Below are positions 17,681 to 27,637 of a DNA stretch of 64,000 bases, one piece after another. The DNA lies in NCBI GenBank assembly GCA_009937025.1, contig JAACDG010000164.1, forward strand, positions 85-64,084. The letters run 5' to 3'. The notes beneath the pieces are model-generated. The model saw nothing but the letters and a program-made list of their open reading frames with translations, did no database searches and was not told the DNA's origin. The stretch's first letter is position 1. Each line of letters begins with the position of its first letter. Source of the DNA: Methanobacteriota archaeon. GTDB lineage: Archaea; Thermoplasmatota; Poseidoniia; Poseidoniales; Poseidoniaceae. The translations under genes and the position numbers were made by a program.

Positions 17681-20284
17681 ATGAGCCAAGGAGATTTACC
17701 CGTTATCCATGGGGCCGATTGGACTCCAAAAGAGTCATTGGTATTCTCTCAACCTTTGCTGGCAGATGCAGCGAGAAGAGAAATTTTGCGTTTTATCGCT
17801 CAACGACACGACGGCCATCTTTTCCTTGTAGCCAATGTTTGGGATGTTTTGATTGAGAATGAACCTCAACAATTTGAGGGTCCTGCGTGGCATAAGTTCA
17901 GTCAACGTTTTGTTGAAGCAGTCAAACGTGGTTTGATTGCACAAGTCGATGCAAAAATGGAAAATGATGCTGATGTCGAAGTAATTCCACGTCGAAGTTT
18001 GAAAGATTTTTTAGAGCGCCGGTCTCAACATTTTGTACTTGATTTGCACCTTGTATTCCGTCGATTAGCCCACTACATGTCGGTCTCGATGGAGCAACGT
18101 ATTGAATGGCAAACCATGATGACTCGAACCCGTATGTTGGATACTGAGTTGAAATCGATTTATACCGATGGAATTGAGACTCCAGACGGTTCTTCATTCG
18201 GAGGCAAAGGTTTTCGTTCAACATGGCAAGAAGGTGTTGTTGCAGTTGCAACAGCCCTCAAACGCCAACCGGATGCACCTCGTGATGCTCGTCCTGGAAA
18301 GGGCTACGATGGAGACCTTGTGGCTCCGATGATTCGAGACATCGGTCTTGGATTAGCGATGGGAGATACGCCATTAGACGTCATGGCCGCAAATTTGGGT
18401 AAAGTCGGTTCGAATCAAAATGGAGGTTGGGAAGATGCAGGTGGACGCGACCTCCACGTTGGAGCATGGCATGTGGGTGTTTTACCGCCAACTGCACCTC
18501 TGCCAATTGCCAGTGTCACAATGACAGGTCTTGCTTTTGCTGCATGGAAACAAAACCTCAATCGATTCCAAGTTGCTTGTATTGGCGAAGGAGCCTCCTC
18601 ATCTGGTGAATTTTGGGAAGCGATGAATCTTGCTGGAGCACGTGGCCTACCAATTACCTATATTCTTCAAAACAATCAAATCGCTTTAGACACCTCACCG
18701 GTTAAGCAATCCGGTGTCGAGATTTGGGCCGATAAAGCCGATGCTATGGGATTCCCTGCTTGGACCATCGACGGCTCCGACCCTGCTGCGTGGTATGCAA
18801 GTACCGCATGTGCTCGAGAATTTGCCTTGAATGGAGGCGGACCAACCCTCATCCATGTTGAAACGATGCGTGGATGTGGCCATGCACACCATCACGATGA
18901 TTTGTATCTCGGCAATGAATCAGGAACGCCCCCTGGGTATGTTGATCGTGATTTACTTGCTTACTGGGGAGCGAAAGACCCCTTGCCGACTCACCGTCAA
19001 TTGCTTCTTGACCTTGGTCTTGAAGAATCATCGTTGATTGAAATGGAGGCTCAAGAGCAACAAGACATTGAAACTGCCCGAGAAAATCTTGAGCAGATGG
19101 CATGGCCAGAACCAGAAACTGTGACCAAAGGTGTAACACTGCTGAATGATGCAGAAACTCATGAACAACGCTTAATCCGTTTGTCCCAAAATCAAGAAGT
19201 AGAAGTGTTCGATTCGTTGCTCAATGTCGGTGAATCAACTCTTACTTATGCCGAACAAGGTGGCTGGACGTATGCTCGTGCGATTCAACAAGCAATGGCA
19301 GATATCGCAACACGCCATGGAGATGATTGTATTTTCATCGGCGAAGATATGGAAGTAGCGGGTGCCTTCGGAATGAATATGGCATTAAAGAACGCAGGTC
19401 ATACCGACAAACTTCTTGATATGCCATTATGTGAAGCAGCAATCGTTCACACGGGTGTTGGTACCGCTCTTTCTGGTATGCGCCCAATGGTTGAGATTCA
19501 ATTCGGTGGATTTGCTGCACTTGGATACAACGCTTTAGTCAATAATGCTGCGATGCTTCGTTGGCGCTGGGGTGCCGATTGTCCAATGACGATTCGTATC
19601 CCATTAGGTGGGCGTACGCGTTCAGGACCGTTCCATGCAAACATGATTGAATCTTGGTTTGCCAATGACCCTGGATTGGTTGTTGTAGCAGCAGGTACAC
19701 CTCAAGATGCATACGACCTGTTGATGGAAGGTGCAGAATTGAACGACCCTGTCTTATTCTTAGAACACATAGGTTTGTATGGCCTACGTGGAGGATTAAC
19801 CGGTTGGGGCCAAAACATCAACCAAGAGGTAGATACTGAAACTGTCAAGCAAGCGATTGCAAACGGTGAACGCTACAAACTTGGAAAGGCTGCTGTAGTA
19901 CGTGGTGGCCGTGATGTTACTTTGGTGACATGGGGCTCGATGCTTCATGTCGCTCAACAAGCTGCTGAACAACTTGCTTCTGAAGAGATTGAAGTCGAAA
20001 TTGTAGACCTACGCACCTTGCTTCCATTCGATGCACAGACCTGTATTGAATCCGTTCAGCGAACAGGTCGCTTGGTCATCCTTCAAGAAGGTCAATGGTG
20101 TGGAGGATTAGGGCACAGCATTCAAAGTCGAATATTGGAATCCTGTTTCTATTCACTCGAAGCAGCCCCTCTGGTAATCGGAGCTTTGGATACACCTGTT
20201 CCATTTTCACCACCTTTGGAAGATTTCACAATCCCTTCACTTGAACATGTTGTCAAGGTATTGCGTCTGACCGTTCAATCTTGA
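17681..20284 (+). CDS. 2-oxoacid dehydrogenase E1 component, fused alpha-beta subunits (TPP-dependent)
   Basis: Alpha part (...CIGEGASSSGEFWEAMNLAGARGLPITYILQNNQIALDT) and beta part (IFIGEDMEVAGAFGMNMALK...MVEIQFGGF...RIPLGG) in one 867-aa ORF, with a ~200-aa N-terminal extension. Confidence 0.8.
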   Translation: MSQGDLPVIHGADWTPKESLVFSQPLLADAARREILRFIAQRHDGHLFLVANVWDVLIENEPQQFEGPAWHKFSQRFVEAVKRGLIAQVDAKMENDADVEVIPRRSLKDFLERRSQHFVLDLHLVFRRLAHYMSVSMEQRIEWQTMMTRTRMLDTELKSIYTDGIETPDGSSFGGKGFRSTWQEGVVAVATALKRQPDAPRDARPGKGYDGDLVAPMIRDIGLGLAMGDTPLDVMAANLGKVGSNQNGGWEDAGGRDLHVGAWHVGVLPPTAPLPIASVTMTGLAFAAWKQNLNRFQVACIGEGASSSGEFWEAMNLAGARGLPITYILQNNQIALDTSPVKQSGVEIWADKADAMGFPAWTIDGSDPAAWYASTACAREFALNGGGPTLIHVETMRGCGHAHHHDDLYLGNESGTPPGYVDRDLLAYWGAKDPLPTHRQLLLDLGLEESSLIEMEAQEQQDIETARENLEQMAWPEPETVTKGVTLLNDAETHEQRLIRLSQNQEVEVFDSLLNVGESTLTYAEQGGWTYARAIQQAMADIATRHGDDCIFIGEDMEVAGAFGMNMALKNAGHTDKLLDMPLCEAAIVHTGVGTALSGMRPMVEIQFGGFAALGYNALVNNAAMLRWRWGADCPMTIRIPLGGRTRSGPFHANMIESWFANDPGLVVVAAGTPQDAYDLLMEGAELNDPVLFLEHIGLYGLRGGLTGWGQNINQEVDTETVKQAIANGERYKLGKAAVVRGGRDVTLVTWGSMLHVAQQAAEQLASEEIEVEIVDLRTLLPFDAQTCIESVQRTGRLVILQEGQWCGGLGHSIQSRILESCFYSLEAAPLVIGALDTPVPFSPPLEDFTIPSLEHVVKVLRLTVQS

Positions 20285-20892
20285 GACTCATCGTTGGTCT
20301 TTCCTAGTTTCATTCGAACAAAAGCCTCGGCCGCAATGCAAGCGCCAAGTGCTGTAGTAAAACTATAGAATGGGATGCTAGAAGCCTCTCCAGAGATTAG
20401 ATTGGGTCCAAAAGTCCGAGCTGGATTCATTGATGCACCGGTGAAAGGTCCAAACCAAAAAGCCAGAAGAGCAACGACACAGCCCACAAAAATCGCAATA
20501 GAGATATGGGTTTGAGAACGCAATACTATCCAATAAATACTGGCCATGAGTGAAAAGGTGATGAACACTTCAATGAGTCCTGCAGCAGGTAGCGACACAT
20601 CTTCAGCAATTTTTGTTGGTCCAACGCCTTGAAGTAGATATGCGGCAACTGTTGCTCCGCTTAATTGAGCAACGATATAAGGTAACAAAGCCTCTTTTTC
20701 AAGATGCCCACTTCTGTAAAAAGCAAGTGAGACGGCGGGATTGATATGTGCTCCACTTATTGGTTGAAATATCAAGATAGCAATCATGACAGCAATCCCA
20801 AATGAGAGTGAAATGACGAGTTCTGAAGCACCCATGGCAATACTACCGCACCCAACACCAACCATAAGAGCGGTGCCGAAGAATTCAGCCAT
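20275..20892 (-). CDS. aqpM: Aquaporin / MIP-family channel
   Basis: Two NPA boxes (GAHINPAVSLAF and ASMNPARTFGP) and about 6 TM segments. Confidence 0.85.
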   Translation of the reverse strand: MAEFFGTALMVGVGCGSIAMGASELVISLSFGIAVMIAILIFQPISGAHINPAVSLAFYRSGHLEKEALLPYIVAQLSGATVAAYLLQGVGPTKIAEDVSLPAAGLIEVFITFSLMASIYWIVLRSQTHISIAIFVGCVVALLAFWFGPFTGASMNPARTFGPNLISGEASSIPFYSFTTALGACIAAEAFVRMKLGKTNDESQD

Positions 20893-20978
20893 CCCCCTAC
20901 GCCACATGATTTGTCGTTCCGTCTCCGCATTATGTTCTTTACTAAATAGACACTCTTGAGAAGAGGTAAGAGGTAAGC

Positions 20979-22133
20979 ATGAAGAAGGACCAGTTGTTGG
21001 TTGAACTCATGGGGTCCGAGGACAAAGTGATGGGTATCGCTCAACTCCTCCACTTTCAAACATTGGTGACCACTGGTGCTTTATTCCTCGGAATTATTGC
21101 GGTTCGTTTTCTGTCCTCTACAATGGGCAATAACAGTATTGCACTTACGTTGGTCATCGCATGTTTGGCACTCGGTTTGTTGATTTTTTCTGCAGATTTT
21201 TTTATCGAAGGGGCTAAGGGACTTGCTCGGCGAGGCGGCTTACCAGAAGTCGTGATTGGATTGACAATCGTTTCGATTGGAACTTCATTACCTGAGATAT
21301 TGGTTACGACCACCGCCGCTGCAGATGTGGCAGCGAAACCCGAAGTAGCAGATTTCGCAATTGGGGGCATTCTTGGTTCAATCTTTGTTCAAATCACACT
21401 GGTATTGGGTATCGTTGTTGTCAATAAAGGCCTCAAGATTCGAGAATCATGGTTGAAGCGCGACGGCCTTATTATGTTGCTTTCAGTCCTCGTTCTAACC
21501 TTTTTCTTACTCACCGAACACACCTTGCAACGTTGGGAATCAGGGATCTTAGTGTTGTTGTATATCATCTATATTTCATGGTTGTTAATGCATCGAAAAG
21601 TCATACTGCTGGAAGAAGGAATCGAAGAAGATGTTGCTGTTCGCGGTTCCAGTTGGAGTGTTGCAGCCTACATCATCATGGTTGTATTCGGTCTTGCATT
21701 TGCTGTTTTTGCAGCCCATCATTTGGTAGAATACGCACGACTTATTGCGATTGAATTGAATGTCCCGCACGCTATTGTTGGAACAACAGTATCTGGTATT
21801 GGGACCTCATTACCTGAACTCACTATTGCTTTGATGGCAGCAAAACGTAGCCAAGGTGTTGCTATTGGGACACTCATTGGCTCCAATATTACCGACCCCT
21901 TACTTTCAATTGGTTTGGCGGGATTAGTTCATCCTTTGGCAATCTCAGATGCAGGCTTTGGACTGATTGTTTACATCATCATACCGTTCACGATTCTCGG
22001 ATGTTTTGTCGCATTGTTAATGATGAGAACTTCATATGAATTTAAGAAATGGGAGGGATATACCTTGATTCTCTTATACATTATTTTCATTCTGATACTC
22101 GAGGCATACAACCGTTCATGGATTACCTTCTAA
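20979..22133 (+). CDS. Ca2+/cation antiporter (CaCA, YrbG-like)
   Basis: Two alpha-repeats, GLTIVSIGTSLPEILVT and GTTVSGIGTSLPELTIALMAA. Confidence 0.8.
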   Translation: MKKDQLLVELMGSEDKVMGIAQLLHFQTLVTTGALFLGIIAVRFLSSTMGNNSIALTLVIACLALGLLIFSADFFIEGAKGLARRGGLPEVVIGLTIVSIGTSLPEILVTTTAAADVAAKPEVADFAIGGILGSIFVQITLVLGIVVVNKGLKIRESWLKRDGLIMLLSVLVLTFFLLTEHTLQRWESGILVLLYIIYISWLLMHRKVILLEEGIEEDVAVRGSSWSVAAYIIMVVFGLAFAVFAAHHLVEYARLIAIELNVPHAIVGTTVSGIGTSLPELTIALMAAKRSQGVAIGTLIGSNITDPLLSIGLAGLVHPLAISDAGFGLIVYIIIPFTILGCFVALLMMRTSYEFKKWEGYTLILLYIIFILILEAYNRSWITF

Positions 22134-22173
22134 GAACAATGAAGAGATAAGGGGCGACTTCTTCGCCTTCTTC

Positions 22174-23322
22174 ATGGTGAACTTCCAACTCGACGAAACG
22201 CAGGAGATGTTAAGGGAACTTGCCCATGAAGTTGCGGTTGAGGAAATTCGGCCAAATGCTGAACATTGGGATACCGAATCGGTTTACCCAAAAGAAGCCA
22301 TACAAGCCGCTCATGAAATGGGCTTGCTCAATCTTCACATTTCAGAAGACTATGGGGGGCCGGGCTTGGGTTCCATGGAAGAAGTTCTCGTCAATGAAGA
22401 ATTGGCTTGGGGAGACCCGGGTTTTGCAACAGCGGCATATGCGACTTCACTTGCATGTGCGCCAATTATCACCGGTGGGACCGAGGAACAAAAGCAAAAG
22501 TGGCTCCGAATGGTTGCAGAAGACGGAGCATTGGCTTCGTATGCCGTAACCGAGCCTGGTGCTGGTTCAGATGTTGCAGCGTGTAAAACAAGTGCTACAC
22601 GTGATGGAGATGATTACATTATCAACGGTTCCAAAATGTGGATTACCGGTGCGGGTTATGCTGACTTCTTCTTTGTTTTAGCAAAAACTGACGTGGATGC
22701 TGGATACAAAGGAATGTCGGGTTTTATCGTTGAGAAAGATGCTGAAGGTTTCTCACTTGGTAAGAAGGAAACCAACATGGGGCAACGTTGTTCTGATACC
22801 CGTTCAATTCAGTTTGATGATGTTCGCGTGTCTGCCGACCAACTTATCGGCGGTTCCGAATCAGGCGGCTGGATGAACGCCATGAAAGCCTTTGACATGA
22901 GCCGGCCCAACATTGCCGCTCATGCAACGGGACTTGCTCGCGCTGCCTATGAACACGCACTCCAATATTCAGGTGAGAGGTCAACCTTTGGCAAGCCTCT
23001 TCATCGCCATCAAGCCATCCAATTCATGTTGGCTGATATGAAAACAAAAATCGAAGCCTCAAGACTGTTGACTTGGAGGTCTGCAGCAGATTCAGATGCA
23101 GGTGTTCAAAACACCGAATCTGCAGCCCATGCTAAACGATTTGCAGCTGATACAGCAATGGAAGTTTCGACTGATGCAGTTCAAGTTTATGGCGGGTACG
23201 GTTATTCTGAAGAGTATCCTGTTGCTCGTCTTATGCGAGCAGCAAAGGTCATGCAAATCTATGAAGGTTCTTCACAAGTTCAGCGAATGATCATTGGAAG
23301 AGAGATTACCAAGGATTTGTAA
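22174..23322 (+). CDS. Acyl-CoA dehydrogenase
   Basis: 382 aa. Conserved ACAD architecture, including YAVTEPGAGSD, GSKMWITG and a C-terminal catalytic Glu region (QIYEGSSQVQR). Confidence 0.9.
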   Translation: MVNFQLDETQEMLRELAHEVAVEEIRPNAEHWDTESVYPKEAIQAAHEMGLLNLHISEDYGGPGLGSMEEVLVNEELAWGDPGFATAAYATSLACAPIITGGTEEQKQKWLRMVAEDGALASYAVTEPGAGSDVAACKTSATRDGDDYIINGSKMWITGAGYADFFFVLAKTDVDAGYKGMSGFIVEKDAEGFSLGKKETNMGQRCSDTRSIQFDDVRVSADQLIGGSESGGWMNAMKAFDMSRPNIAAHATGLARAAYEHALQYSGERSTFGKPLHRHQAIQFMLADMKTKIEASRLLTWRSAADSDAGVQNTESAAHAKRFAADTAMEVSTDAVQVYGGYGYSEEYPVARLMRAAKVMQIYEGSSQVQRMIIGREITKDL

Positions 23323-24111
23323 TTACTTATCGAGTACTTTATCGGTCATGAATCCCCAGAAATCGATGAGTTCCTGCTCTTCTTTTTCTCCCTTTTCAGT
23401 AGCGTTTTCGATTACCTGATTTTGTAAATCAGTGAACTCTTGAATTTCATCTTCCCACGATTGGTGGAGGGCTGCCATTTCGTTGGATGAAACTCCAATG
23501 ACATCTCTTTCAAATGACTCATACATCTCCATTTCTTCCTCTTCATGGTTGTCCATTTCATCCCATTCACCAGGGAATTCTTCGCTCCCACCGTCAATCA
23601 TATCTTCAGTGACAATCATGGTGTCTTGAAAGATGACAATCTCTTTCAACATATCACGATGACAGACAATGAATTGTGCCAACATCGGAATTTTCAGTGC
23701 TGTTTTGATGTCGTTATACAGTGCGAGTACGAGCGAAACGATTCGGTCTCCAATCGGTAAATTCTGGTTTTTTGAATGTAAGCAAAGGCTAACAGAATAA
23801 TTGTTCTCCACAGCAACATCATTTTGCCATCTTCCAGCAGTCACCGAAAGGGACCATTCCGTAGGACCAGCCATGAAGATATCCGTTTCTGATGAATGGT
23901 ATTGAGATTCAATTTGGTACCATCTACGTGATTCTCCTTGAACACGAACTTTGATCGCCTCATTGGTCAACATGATGATGTTGACATTCGGGGTGTCTTT
24001 TGCAACCGATAGCAACAAATCTACTGAACGGATTTCGGGCTCAGACATACGGTATTTTCCTTCTGACATACGCATTGACCAAATCGAGTCTATATCAAGA
24101 GTAAAGAACAA
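23323..24111 (-). CDS. Acidic cytoplasmic protein, hypothetical
   Basis: 262-aa ORF with no recognisable motif. Very acidic C-terminal half. Confidence 0.4.
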   Translation of the reverse strand: MFFTLDIDSIWSMRMSEGKYRMSEPEIRSVDLLLSVAKDTPNVNIIMLTNEAIKVRVQGESRRWYQIESQYHSSETDIFMAGPTEWSLSVTAGRWQNDVAVENNYSVSLCLHSKNQNLPIGDRIVSLVLALYNDIKTALKIPMLAQFIVCHRDMLKEIVIFQDTMIVTEDMIDGGSEEFPGEWDEMDNHEEEEMEMYESFERDVIGVSSNEMAALHQSWEDEIQEFTDLQNQVIENATEKGEKEEQELIDFWGFMTDKVLDK

Positions 24112-24135
24112 AACCTAGGGCTTTGAATTCACGGT

Positions 24136-24729
24136 ATGGCCAAACTTTGCCCCGCCGTAATTCTGGCTGCTGGAGCCAGTCAGCGCCTTGGGCAACCGAA
24201 ATCATTGGTTGAGATAGGGAACTCAACATTGGTAGGACTCGCCTATAAAAAATTGATAAAAGCAGGTTGTTCACCTGTTATCATCGTGACGCGCAGTGAA
24301 CTTTCAGTCCCAATAATGCAATCAACTCTCGGCTCGACCGTAATTGTGAATTCCGCTCCTGAAGAGGGAAGGACTGGAAGTATTCAATGCGGCATCATGT
24401 CTCTTGCTGGAGATAAAGGAAGAATGCCCAAACAAGTCATCATCGCTCCCGTAGACCGTCCAGGATGGGCAGTAGAGCATATCAAAACACTTGCCTTGGC
24501 CAAAACAAGTTCTACTCTTTCATCAAACGGTCGCCGAGGCCACCCTTTACTCCTCGACCAAGATGCCATTCAAACGGTTCTTGCAGCACCACCTCAAACA
24601 TCTCTACGTGAGTTGATTTCTTTCGATGAAGTCTACGTTGATGCACCTCTTCTTGGATTGAATATCGATCATCCCGAAGATTTGGAACTGTTGAAACAAC
24701 ATGAAATTGTTTTGATGGAAACAGGCTGA
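24136..24729 (+). CDS. mocA: MobA-like NTP transferase (molybdenum cofactor cytidylyltransferase MocA-like)
   Basis: AVILAAGASQRLGQPKSL nucleotide-binding motif. Adjacent to xdhC. Confidence 0.7.
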   Translation: MAKLCPAVILAAGASQRLGQPKSLVEIGNSTLVGLAYKKLIKAGCSPVIIVTRSELSVPIMQSTLGSTVIVNSAPEEGRTGSIQCGIMSLAGDKGRMPKQVIIAPVDRPGWAVEHIKTLALAKTSSTLSSNGRRGHPLLLDQDAIQTVLAAPPQTSLRELISFDEVYVDAPLLGLNIDHPEDLELLKQHEIVLMETG

Positions 24730-24768
24730 AACTCACAGGGCAAAGGGTATGTGTCACCTCCTTGAGGG

Positions 24769-25641
24769 ATGTACATGACTGCGGCGGTGATGGCTTGGGC
24801 CCTTTCCCGTCTTGCTTTGGGGCAACGTGTTGTTCTTGCCAGCGTTGTTGAAACTGCAGGGAGCGTTCCTGGAAAAGTTGGAGCACGCTTGGCTATGGCT
24901 TCCGATGAACAATGGTCGGGAACGGTTGGAGGCGCTGGTTTGGAAATGAAAGTACTTCAGCGTTGTAGAGAACATCTTTCCACTCAACATCATCCATTTG
25001 GAGAAGTTATACGGTACGGTTTGAACAAAGGGGCGAAGGGCTATCAAGTGACACCGCTTGATTCATTATGCGGCGGTCAAGTTACGCTTGCGATCGAGGT
25101 GATGATTCCGATGCCACATGTATTGTTGATGGGTGGAGGTCATTGCGGTCAAGCGATTGCAAACACATTGGATGCCTTGGGTTGGCACCATTCCGTTCAT
25201 GATACTCGGCCTGAATTTTCTGCTGTCAAAATGTATCCCAGTGCTGAACAACTGTCTTCTGTTTCTGTTTCCGAGTTTCTTCAAACAGAAAGTCTCGAAT
25301 CTCTTCGTCGATTTTCAGATGTATTACTTCTCGGACATGACTGGGCTGAAGACGAAGAACGATTGTTGGGTCTCCTGCATTTATATCGTGAAGGAAAAGC
25401 CATTCCAGATGGACATCAAGGTCCTCGAATTGGTGTGATCGGCAGTCGTTCCAAATGGCAGTCGTTTGAAAAAACATGTCTTGAACAGGGCATTGGACAA
25501 CCAATATTGGATGCTATTGTTTGCCCGATTGGATTGAATATCGGCGCAGAATCACCCGAAGAAATCGCTGTGGCAGTCGTTGCTCAAATCATGGCTTCGT
25601 TCAAAGGAGTCGATGCAGAAGCACCGACTTGGAGAACCTGA
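24769..25641 (+). CDS. xdhC: XdhC/CoxI-family Mo-cofactor insertion accessory protein
   Basis: N-terminal XdhC_CoxI domain (VVLASVVETAGSVPGKVGARLAM) and a C-terminal Rossmann-like domain (VLLMGGGHCGQAIAN). Confidence 0.7.
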   Translation: MYMTAAVMAWALSRLALGQRVVLASVVETAGSVPGKVGARLAMASDEQWSGTVGGAGLEMKVLQRCREHLSTQHHPFGEVIRYGLNKGAKGYQVTPLDSLCGGQVTLAIEVMIPMPHVLLMGGGHCGQAIANTLDALGWHHSVHDTRPEFSAVKMYPSAEQLSSVSVSEFLQTESLESLRRFSDVLLLGHDWAEDEERLLGLLHLYREGKAIPDGHQGPRIGVIGSRSKWQSFEKTCLEQGIGQPILDAIVCPIGLNIGAESPEEIAVAVVAQIMASFKGVDAEAPTWRT

Positions 25642-26187
25642 TTATTCAGGTAAAAAAATCCGTTCTCTAAAAAATCGAAGTTCTTCAATTGATTCAAGAA
25701 TATCGTCCAATGCCAAGTGAGCACCTTTCTTTTCATATCGGCCGGTATCAGGATACCATCTTCGAGCTAATTCTTTGACAGTTGAAACATCGATCATTCG
25801 ATAATGCAGGTATTCAACAAGAAGGGGCATTTCCTTTTCCATGAATTTTTTGTCATTCCATACACTGTTTCCGCACAATGGAGCAGAACCCTGTGGCACC
25901 CATTGTTTGAGAAAGGCCAAAGTTTCGGCTTCTGCTTGTTGACATGAAACACTTGCTGTTCGAACGCGTTCGACCAATCCACTTGCTGTATGATGGGAGG
26001 TGTTCCATTCATCCATTCCTGCTAAGAGTTCTTCAGAAACAGATACAGCAAGATTTGGTCCAGTGGCAAGAATGTTGAGTTCTCCATCAGTGACAACTGT
26101 TGCAATTTCAATGATGGATTCTCTCGTAATATCCAATCCAGTCATTTCAAGGTCAATCCAAACCAAGCGTTCGTTACTTTCACCCAT
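25642..26187 (-). CDS. orn: Oligoribonuclease (DEDDh 3'-5' exonuclease)
   Basis: LVWIDLEMTGLD...IIEIATVVTDGEL matches the Orn exo I motif. 181 aa. Confidence 0.85.
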   Translation of the reverse strand: MGESNERLVWIDLEMTGLDITRESIIEIATVVTDGELNILATGPNLAVSVSEELLAGMDEWNTSHHTASGLVERVRTASVSCQQAEAETLAFLKQWVPQGSAPLCGNSVWNDKKFMEKEMPLLVEYLHYRMIDVSTVKELARRWYPDTGRYEKKGAHLALDDILESIEELRFFRERIFLPE

Positions 26188-26256
26188 GTTTTCGCCAAGA
26201 GGCGGGGGTTTTTCAATTGGGCGTAGGGTTATGAAGTCCTTTTTGGACGGCAGACT

Positions 26257-27636
26257 ATGGCGGATGAGATAGGGGGCGAAGCGATTCCAACTCCTTTGGA
26301 CACCTCTTCCTTGATGGAACCCAAGGCCCTCATCGCAGTAGGTATCCTCACCTTTCTCCTGATTTTTTCATTCTTTGCTCTTGCGTTAACCGGTGATTCA
26401 TCACCGTTGCCAACGACCCAAGAACCAGAGGATAACGATGGTTGGCGGGCCTTTTCGGTCGTTGCTCCAGTTGATACTGGTATCAATGTCTATCACGACC
26501 ATTTCCGTACCAATGAAACCTTTCCATCTTGGCTTTTAGACGAACTTGGCGTAAACAAAATTTGTGAACTGACCTTTAACGGAACTTGGCAGGAACGCTA
26601 TGATGCTGACAAAGAGGCCTGCTGGGATACCTTGATTGCCAGCGATATCGTTTACTTTCCAGGGACAAAAATCATTGGCACTTCACCAGATGGCGACAGT
26701 GAAATTTTGATTTTAGATGACCCCAGTGATGGGCACGGGTCGGCAGTTACGGGGGCTGTTTTGAACGCAAACCCCAACGCAGTCATCTTCTTTGTCGAAG
26801 GATTTAGCACTGAAGCAGTACTTGCTGCAGCCAATCAACCTCTTGTCGACGTCATCACGACATCGTTTGGAGCGCCGGGTTCAGTGCCAATTTCTGGTAT
26901 TGAACGAGGAACTGAAGTTGCTGTTGTGGAACAAGGAAAAATGCACGCCGGTGCTGCCGATAACAGTCCTTCACCCGCCATACAAGATTCAACTGCTGGT
27001 CCGCCTTGGTCGATTGGAATTGCAGGATATGCGGAAGAAGGCGATGACCAAAAAGAAATCATGTCAGGTTCTTATCCAGATATTTCTGCGGATTGGACCC
27101 AATATCTCCCCAACCACGATGATATTGATGGTTACCATGAAACATCCGGAACCTCATTTGCCACACCTCGAACTGCAGGTATTCTTTCCTCGGTTTTGGA
27201 ATCTTTACGTTTTGAATTTAATGACGATGGGGCAGGTGCCTCTCCAGACATGCGTCAAGGGATGTTAGTGAATGGCACAGACTCGGATGGAAATCCTTTC
27301 CTCGTTTCAAATTCAGATGTCCGTGAAGCCCTCAATCGCTCTGCATGGTACCCCGATTTAGGGTGGGACCCAACATCAGGAACAATGCCTATCTCTCCGG
27401 TAGCTCCATGCACACAAACCGGCTGGGGTTTGGTCAACCTTTCCAATATCGAACCGATGATTGCACACCTGAACCAATCGTCTGAACTTACTCAAAGGCC
27501 CGGAGATGTTGTCGCATGTATGAATGCTAATCAAGAAATGCGAGAGGCGTATTGGAATGCCTACCCTTCAACTCCAGATGCATTCAGCGAACTGTATGTT
27601 ACGGGCTCAGAAGGTGTTGAGCGTCGATTGTATTGA
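26257..27636 (+). CDS. Subtilisin-like serine protease (S8) with N-terminal TM anchor
   Basis: Asp DTGINVYHDHF, His DGHGSAVTGAVL, Ser GTSFATPRTAG. N-terminal TM LIAVGILTFLLIFSFFALALTG. Confidence 0.7.
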   Translation: MADEIGGEAIPTPLDTSSLMEPKALIAVGILTFLLIFSFFALALTGDSSPLPTTQEPEDNDGWRAFSVVAPVDTGINVYHDHFRTNETFPSWLLDELGVNKICELTFNGTWQERYDADKEACWDTLIASDIVYFPGTKIIGTSPDGDSEILILDDPSDGHGSAVTGAVLNANPNAVIFFVEGFSTEAVLAAANQPLVDVITTSFGAPGSVPISGIERGTEVAVVEQGKMHAGAADNSPSPAIQDSTAGPPWSIGIAGYAEEGDDQKEIMSGSYPDISADWTQYLPNHDDIDGYHETSGTSFATPRTAGILSSVLESLRFEFNDDGAGASPDMRQGMLVNGTDSDGNPFLVSNSDVREALNRSAWYPDLGWDPTSGTMPISPVAPCTQTGWGLVNLSNIEPMIAHLNQSSELTQRPGDVVACMNANQEMREAYWNAYPSTPDAFSELYVTGSEGVERRLY

Positions 27637-27637
27637 A

